Source of the DNA: Octopus sinensis
Lineage: Eukaryota
DNA length: 64,000 bases
Assembly (NCBI RefSeq): GCF_006345805.1
Contig: NC_043012.1
Coordinates: forward strand, 5,518,001 to 5,582,000
Direction: 5' to 3'
Every line of letters begins with the position of its first letter. The stretch's first letter is position 1. Made by a program: the position numbers and the translations under genes. Below, piece after piece: positions 58,761 through 64,000 of this stretch. A model generated the notes under the pieces. The model was not told where the DNA came from. It searched no databases and saw only the letters and a program-made list of their open reading frames with translations.

Positions 58761-59635
58761 TACGAGGTCTGATTAATAAGTATCTGGACTGTCACCATAG
58801 TAACGATGCTAAAGCACGCAGAGTGAAGCTGCTTGGCACAGATTGACCTTGAACTCTGCTGTACATGTGCACTAAGTTTTAACATTCTAGCTCACTTCTG
58901 CTATTTACAGCAGTGCTTAGAAGGAAGGTGTGTAGCATGTGATAGTCGCATTGACTGTGACAGAGAAAGTTGTCATGGCAATACATGCTCAGAGGCCAAT
59001 GCGAAGTTACAGAAAGTGCATGGAGAGAAGTGTATGAGTCGCGCACAAGTGTACAAGTGGTTCAGACATTCCCAGGAAGGTCTTAAAAATGGTGATATAC
59101 ACAAACGTTCTGGGAGATCCACAACCAGCAGAACTGAGAAAAACATCGCAGATGTGCATGCAGCTGTGATGAAAAACCATCAAATCCCCATCCGTGAGTT
59201 ATCAGAGGATATGCAGATTAGTTACGGTTCAATTCAGTCCATTATCACTGAAGATTTGGGTATGAGACAATTGTCAGCTAAATTTTTGCCAAAACTACTT
59301 TCAGCTGACTAAATAGTTACGTGGGCGTTAGTGACACAAGATCTTAATTTTGTTGAGAACGATGCAAAATTTTTGTAAACTTTGCATAGACCTTTGAGCA
59401 GGTATCACCAAACTTTTTTGGCAAAATTTGATGCAGACTCTCTACTCAACTTTCTTTCTCATGGTCAATGTGATGGTCGCATGCTCCTTCCAAACACTGC
59501 TGTTAACTGCAGAAGTGAGTGAGAACGTTAAAACTTATTCCGCAATCACAGCAGAGTTCAAGGTCAATCTGTGCAAAGCAGCTTCAGCTTCGTTACTATG
59601 GCAACAGTTCAGATATTTATTGATCAGACCACGTA
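58761..59635 (+). mobile_element. Internally deleted mariner transposon inserted in a decayed RTE fragment
   Basis: TA-flanked TIRs CGAGGTCTGATTAATAAGTATCTG / CAGATATTTATTGATCAGACCACG; HTH region MSRAQVYKWF..RSGR..SAKFLPKLL; RTE reading resumes across the insertion. Confidence 0.88.
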
Positions 59636-60112
59636 TAGTGTGCAACAGAGACAACTGCATTGGTACAGACATGTAATGGATGTGGATGATGACAGATTGG
59701 TAAAGAATAGAACTAGGTGGAAGAAAAATGTGGAAGAGGAAGATATACACACGCACACACACACACACACACTCGTGTGTGATCTATCCCATATGATCTG
59801 GTGGTTAGGATTCCGAGCATTCACCCAGTGACCCAGTTTCAATTCCTGACATGGGAATGTTGATTTCATTTTGGTGCTAGTGTGACTGTGTGGTTAAGAA
59901 GCTTATTTCCTCAGCATGCAATCTCGGGTTCCGTCCCACCGTGAGGCACCTTGGGCAAGTGTCTTCTACTATAGCCCTAGGTCAACCAAAACCATGTGAA
60001 TGGATTTGGCAGATAAAACTGGGTGAAATCTGTTGTGTATGTGTGCAAATAATTGATGCCGTGTTTACATTCTTGTTAAACATGTATATACATACGAAAA
60101 TACGTACATATA

Positions 60113-61319
60113 TACAGACATGACAGAAGTAAATAGACACGATTATAATCATTAAAATTTATTTAAATCTGAAATTATACATTCAAATTCTCTATCAATT
60201 ATTATCATTATAATGTGAATATCTAATATTTTTCAATGCAAGAATCTTTTAAGGCATGCTACTGATCAGATGACAAATATTCTCTTGGGCAATTTCTTGC
60301 CAAGTTTCCAGCAGTAATATCAAAAGATCTGGCTTTGAGGATGCTTCCTTGTTCTTTTTACACAGTGTCCAGTCCATTATGCCCCAGAAGTGTTCAATAG
60401 GGTTCATACCTGGTGACTAGCTTGACCAGGACAATTATTTTAATGCCATTCTTTTCCAGCCAATCTTGGGTCTTTTTAGCTGTATGACAAAGAGACCCCA
60501 CCTTCCATGAATAGTCTTCTTTAATCATTTCACCATTGGACAAGATTGGAAGGAGTCCTTTCTGCAATATGGACACATATTTATCTGAGTTTATGTTTCC
60601 ATCACACTCCACCAGCTCTGATTGGCCATTGCTCCAAATTGCTCCCCAGGCCATCACAGAATAGCTGCCTTGTTTCATTGTTTTCATGTCAAATTCTTGA
60701 TCACAGAATCTCCAGACACAGACTTGACCACTGTCAGAAAATACAGCAAATCTAGACTCATCAGAGGATATGAGTATTCTAAAACGCTAGTGACCACTCC
60801 ATCATCTCACTGGCCCAATTTTTTCTCCAGTTGAAGAAGCGGCTTCTGTTTTGCTGCTCTGCCATAGCAGCCAAGTTTGTGGAGATGCCCAACAGCTGTT
60901 CTGGGACTGACATTAACTTGTTCTGCTACTTCAGAAGCCTTGCAATGAGGATTATCCTCAACACTTCACTTAAAGCAAAGGGTCCTGTCAGAGGGCCTTG
61001 GTTGACCTGGACAAGGTGATGTGGCTCCTTCACCTCTCTGGTGAATTGCACAATCACCCTATCAACTGTAGACAGCGGGATCCCTAGGTTTTCTGCGATT
61101 TTACGCTGACCAAGTCCACCTTTGGATTGGCCCACAATACAGCCTCTTTGAAATTTGGACAGTTCCAAGCCTTTTTTTGTACATGGCATGATTAAATAGT
61201 CACATATAGAATCTGAATCGTAAAAATGTTCCTTAATAAAAAATATAAACCTTTTCAAGATAAAAGAAACATAAAACAATGTTTTATGGGGTGTCTATTT
61301 ACTTTGTGTCATGTCTGTG
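60113..61319 (-). mobile_element. Tc1-family transposon with degraded transposase
   Basis: TIRs CAGACATGACAGAAGTAAATAGACAC / GTGTCTATTTACTTTGTGTCATGTCTG; [24 protein letters not shown] motifs. Confidence 0.88.
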
Positions 61320-61713
61320 TACATATATATAATATACACACACACACATATATATAAATATATATATACACATTTTGTATGATGTTACTCATTTACAATT
61401 ATTTTACCACCTTTTGTGTGTATATGTAAACACACACACACACAGCTGTATTTTACGTGTCCTTCTCCCAATAAACAAACACACACTAGTATTTTTCTTT
61501 ATTGCAAGCCTTCTCTTTGTGAATCATAAAAATTGGAAATGTATTCAGAGAAGGCATATTGACTTGAAGAGTTAAACCCCCAAAACACATATTTCTTTTA
61601 ACATATTTCTTTTAACACATCCAGTTTCACAACAAGAATTTTCTGAAACAAATGCAAAAAAAAAAATTCATGTATACAATAATATGCATACCTATAGATA
61701 TGTACATACACAC

Positions 61714-61752
<39 letters not shown>

Positions 61753-61768
61753 TATATATATATATATA

Positions 61769-63614
61769 GATAAGCCCCTGTACCTGGCTTTTGTTGACAT
61801 GGAGAAAGCCTTCGACAGGGTCCCCCGATCCCTTATCTGGTGGGCAATGAGAAAACTAGGGATAGATGAATGGTTAGTGAGAGCTGTGCGGGCCATGTAC
61901 AGGGACGCCGCTAGTAGGGTGAGGGTTGGAAATGAGTACAGTGAAGAATTCCGGGTAGAGGTAGGGGTCCACCAAGGCTCAGTACTCAGCCCCCTCCTAT
62001 TTATCATAGTCCTCCAGGCAATAACGGAGGAATTCAAGACAGGATGCCCTTGGGAGCTCCTCTATGCTGATAACCTTGCTCTAATTGCTGAGTCGCTATC
62101 AGAACTGGAGGAGAAGTTTCAGGTGTGGAAACAAGGATTAGAATCGAAGGGCCTCAGAGTCAATCTAGCTAAAACCAAAGTCGTAATCAGTAGGAAGGTA
62201 GACAAATCACAAACACCTTCAGGTAGATGGCCCTGCTCGATCTGTAGAAAAGGTGTAGGTAGAAACTCTATAAGATGCACCAAGTGTAAGCTATGGACAC
62301 ATAAGAGATGCAGCAATGTCAAAGGAAGGCTAACTAGGAAGATGGTTTTTGTATGTGGCAGATGCTCAGGAACAATAAACACTGAAAATGCTCTGAGACC
62401 AACTTCCGTCACTTTCCAGGGAGAAAAACTAGAAATAGTTGATAGTTTCCGTTACTTAGGTGACCAAGTCAGCAGCGGGGGCGGGTGTGCTGAAAGTGTA
62501 ACTGCTAGAGTAAGAATAGCTTGGGCAAAGTTCAGAGAGCTCTTACCTCTGCTGGTGACAAAAGGCCTCTCGCACAGAGTGAAAGGCAGACTGTATGATG
62601 CGTGTGTACGAACAGCCATGCTACATGGCAGTGAAACATGGGCCGTGACTGCTGAGGATATGCGTAAGCTCGCTAGAAATGAAGCCAGTATGCTCCGATG
62701 GATGTGTAATGTCGGTACTCATACTTGGCAGAGTGTAAGTACCTTGAGAGAAAAGCTGGACCTAAGAAGCATCAGTTGTGGTGTGCAAGAGAGACGTTTG
62801 TGCTGGTATGGTCATGTGGCGAGAATGGATGAAGATAGTTGTGTGAAAAAGTGCCACACCCTAGCGGTTGAGGGAACCTGTGGAAGAGGCAGACCCAGGA
62901 AAACCTGGGACGAGGTGGTGAAGCACGACCTTCGAACTTTAGGTCTCACTGAGGAAATGACTAGAGACCGAGACCTCTGGAAGTGTGCTGTGCGCGAGAA
63001 GACCCAGCAGGACAAGTGAGTCCACAACCCGTGGCCTTCTACATGGGATGGAGCCAGCCTACGTATGCATACCTTCCCTTCTTGGGACACAAAACTCTAC
63101 TTGTGAAGACGTGTTGAGGCAAGTGAGGATCAGAATCGAAATCAATCAATGGAAATTGCGGATGTGCTACCAGTGCCGGTGGCATGTCGAAACTCTGCTT
63201 GTGAAGACCCATTGAGGCAAGTGAGGATCAGAATCGAAATCGATCAATGGAAATTGCAGATGTGTTACCAGTGCCGGTGGCATGTAAGAGAACTTTCCGT
63301 TTCGCGACCGTTGCCAGCACCGCCCCGTTTCGTGTCCGTTGCCAGCCTCGCCTGGCCCTCGTGCCGGTGGCACATAAAAAGCACCATCCGTTCGTGGCCG
63401 TTTGCCAGCTCTGTCTGGCACCAGTGCGGGTGGCACGTAAAAAGCACCCACTACACTCACGGAGTGGTTGGCGTTAGGAAGGGCATCCAGCCGTAGAAAC
63501 ACTGCCAGATTTGACTGGGCCTGATGAAGCCTTCTGGCTTCACAGACCCCAGTAGAACCGTCCAACCCATGCTAGCATGGAAAACGGACGCTAAATGATG
63601 ATGATGATGATGAT
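61769..63614 (+). mobile_element. 5'-truncated RTE-clade LINE, same family as 32031-35086
   Basis: RT ORF to 63019 with GVHQGSVLSP and YADN (catalytic Asp mutated); repeat-rich 3' UTR, (ATG)n tail; sits in (TA)n. Confidence 0.93.
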
Positions 63615-64000
63615 ATATATATATATACATACACATATATACATGCACAAACACACACATACATACATACACACATATATAAACATAGATAAATATACAT
63701 ACACAAATACATTTATACACACACACCTAAACCCGTATGTGTGTGTGCATATGTTAATATAAAGGTGAATGCATTAAAAAGCATTGAAAATATTTCTTGA
63801 TTCTAATATAAGACTGAGAGAACCACATAAAAACTGAGTTCTTACAAGCATCCAGCCACAACTACCAGTTTCTGGTACTTATATACAATAAAAGACCAAC
63901 CTTTCAACAGATTCCCAACAAATTTGAGTTTTAGAGAAATAGTCCTAAAATACATTATTCACATTTGACGGATATTCCTCCACATCTTGTTTGTCGTTAA

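Noticed and set aside
60765-60776. Minus-strand CTGATGAGTC
   Set aside because: Encodes the SDES catalytic motif of the Tc1 transposase.
61652-61768. N-terminus of the 455-aa ORF
   Set aside because: Read-through of a (TA)n microsatellite fused to the truncated LINE; not a real start.
63521-63545. CTGATGA followed by hairpin GAAGCC-TTCT-GGCTTC
   Set aside because: No GAAA or stem III; other RTE tails read CTGGTGCAGCC here, so it is a point variant.
45788-64000. Further constitutive upstream CHD1 exons
   Set aside because: By eye I found no exon encoding the expected chromodomain-1 start or Ser-rich N-terminus; a small exon could have been missed.

Overview
AT-rich, repeat-dense eukaryotic genomic DNA, most likely Octopus (judged from recalled RTE LINE and SINE families; not database-checked). 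The backbone is a CHD1-type chromatin remodeler on the minus strand. I traced 26 GT-AG exons from 45787 down to 1021 (3752 nt, about 1250 codons, phases consistent) covering the double chromodomain, SNF2 ATPase, SANT-SLIDE region and CHCT/DUF4208 domain. Both gene ends lie outside the window. The introns hold two long RTE LINEs with a PHD-type finger inside the RT, many RTE 3' ends, tRNA-derived SINEs, TTAA-flanked MITEs, mariner and Tc1 remnants, a composite Helitron and a CR1 tail. Main novelties: (1) a full-length 7SL (SRP) RNA fused to a retroposon 3' tail and inserted into a SINE; (2) several Penelope-type minimal hammerhead ribozyme motifs showing C3-G8, U3-A8 and G3-C8 core variants, one on the CHD1 sense strand; (3) a candidate 60-nt in-frame cassette or alternative last exon that would alter chromodomain 1.
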